A stretch of DNA of 64,000 nucleotides. It comes from Octopus vulgaris (taxonomy: Eukaryota). How positions within the stretch are numbered: position 1 is the stretch's first letter; every line of letters starts with the position of its first letter. Below are positions 63,766 through 64,000 of the stretch, in pieces. The translations under genes and the position numbers were made by a program. Where the stretch lies: assembly GCA_951406725.2 (NCBI GenBank), contig OX597825.1, forward strand, positions 75,268,001 through 75,332,000, read 5' to 3'. The notes below the pieces were generated by a model. It saw nothing but the letters and a program-made list of their open reading frames with translations, searched no databases and had not been told where the DNA came from.

Positions 63766-64000
63766 TATATACAGTAGAATAAAAGTTAGAAAATCTTTGG
63801 TATTATATATTTGAAAGAATGAATAGAAATATCTTTTCTGATAATTTTTCTGCTTTAATAATTAGATGTTTGTAATTATAAGGCGTTTACTTAAGGTCAT
63901 TCTGACAGGAGTTTCTTGCTTAAAAGTGGTTTTCAAACCGATATTTTAGAGTTTGTTATCCACTGTTTAAATAGTGAGTGATTAATTACAAACGAACACA

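Overview
AT-rich, microsatellite- and transposon-dense eukaryotic genomic DNA. The repeat families look like an octopod cephalopod (inference). Two spliced genes converge tail-to-tail, and both can be rebuilt exon by exon with GT-AG sites and consistent phases. (1) The 3' seven coding exons of an SLC22-family MFS organic-ion transporter (+, 609-13584; the 5' exons lie upstream of the window). (2) A complete 7-exon alpha-arrestin (ARRDC/TXNIP family) gene (-, 55905-23628, 414 aa) with a Cys5 cluster, a PPxY motif and two PSAP motifs. Most ORF-track entries are microsatellite or SINE artefacts. Introns and intergenic DNA hold at least four SINE families, CR1 and RTE LINE fragments, a full-length DD37D (maT) Tc1/mariner, mariner/Tc1/pogo/hAT relics, piggyBac-, Helitron- and Merlin-like non-autonomous elements, and a U6 snRNA pseudogene. 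The least explained signals are: several minimal hammerhead-ribozyme motifs associated with fold-back (Penelope-like) elements; a SINE carrying tandem pseudoknot-like units; a candidate alternative first exon of the arrestin gene; and inverted SINE pairs around an in-frame arrestin exon. The last ~5 kb contain a mosaic duplication that may be an assembly artefact. All calls are from reading by eye; no searches were run.
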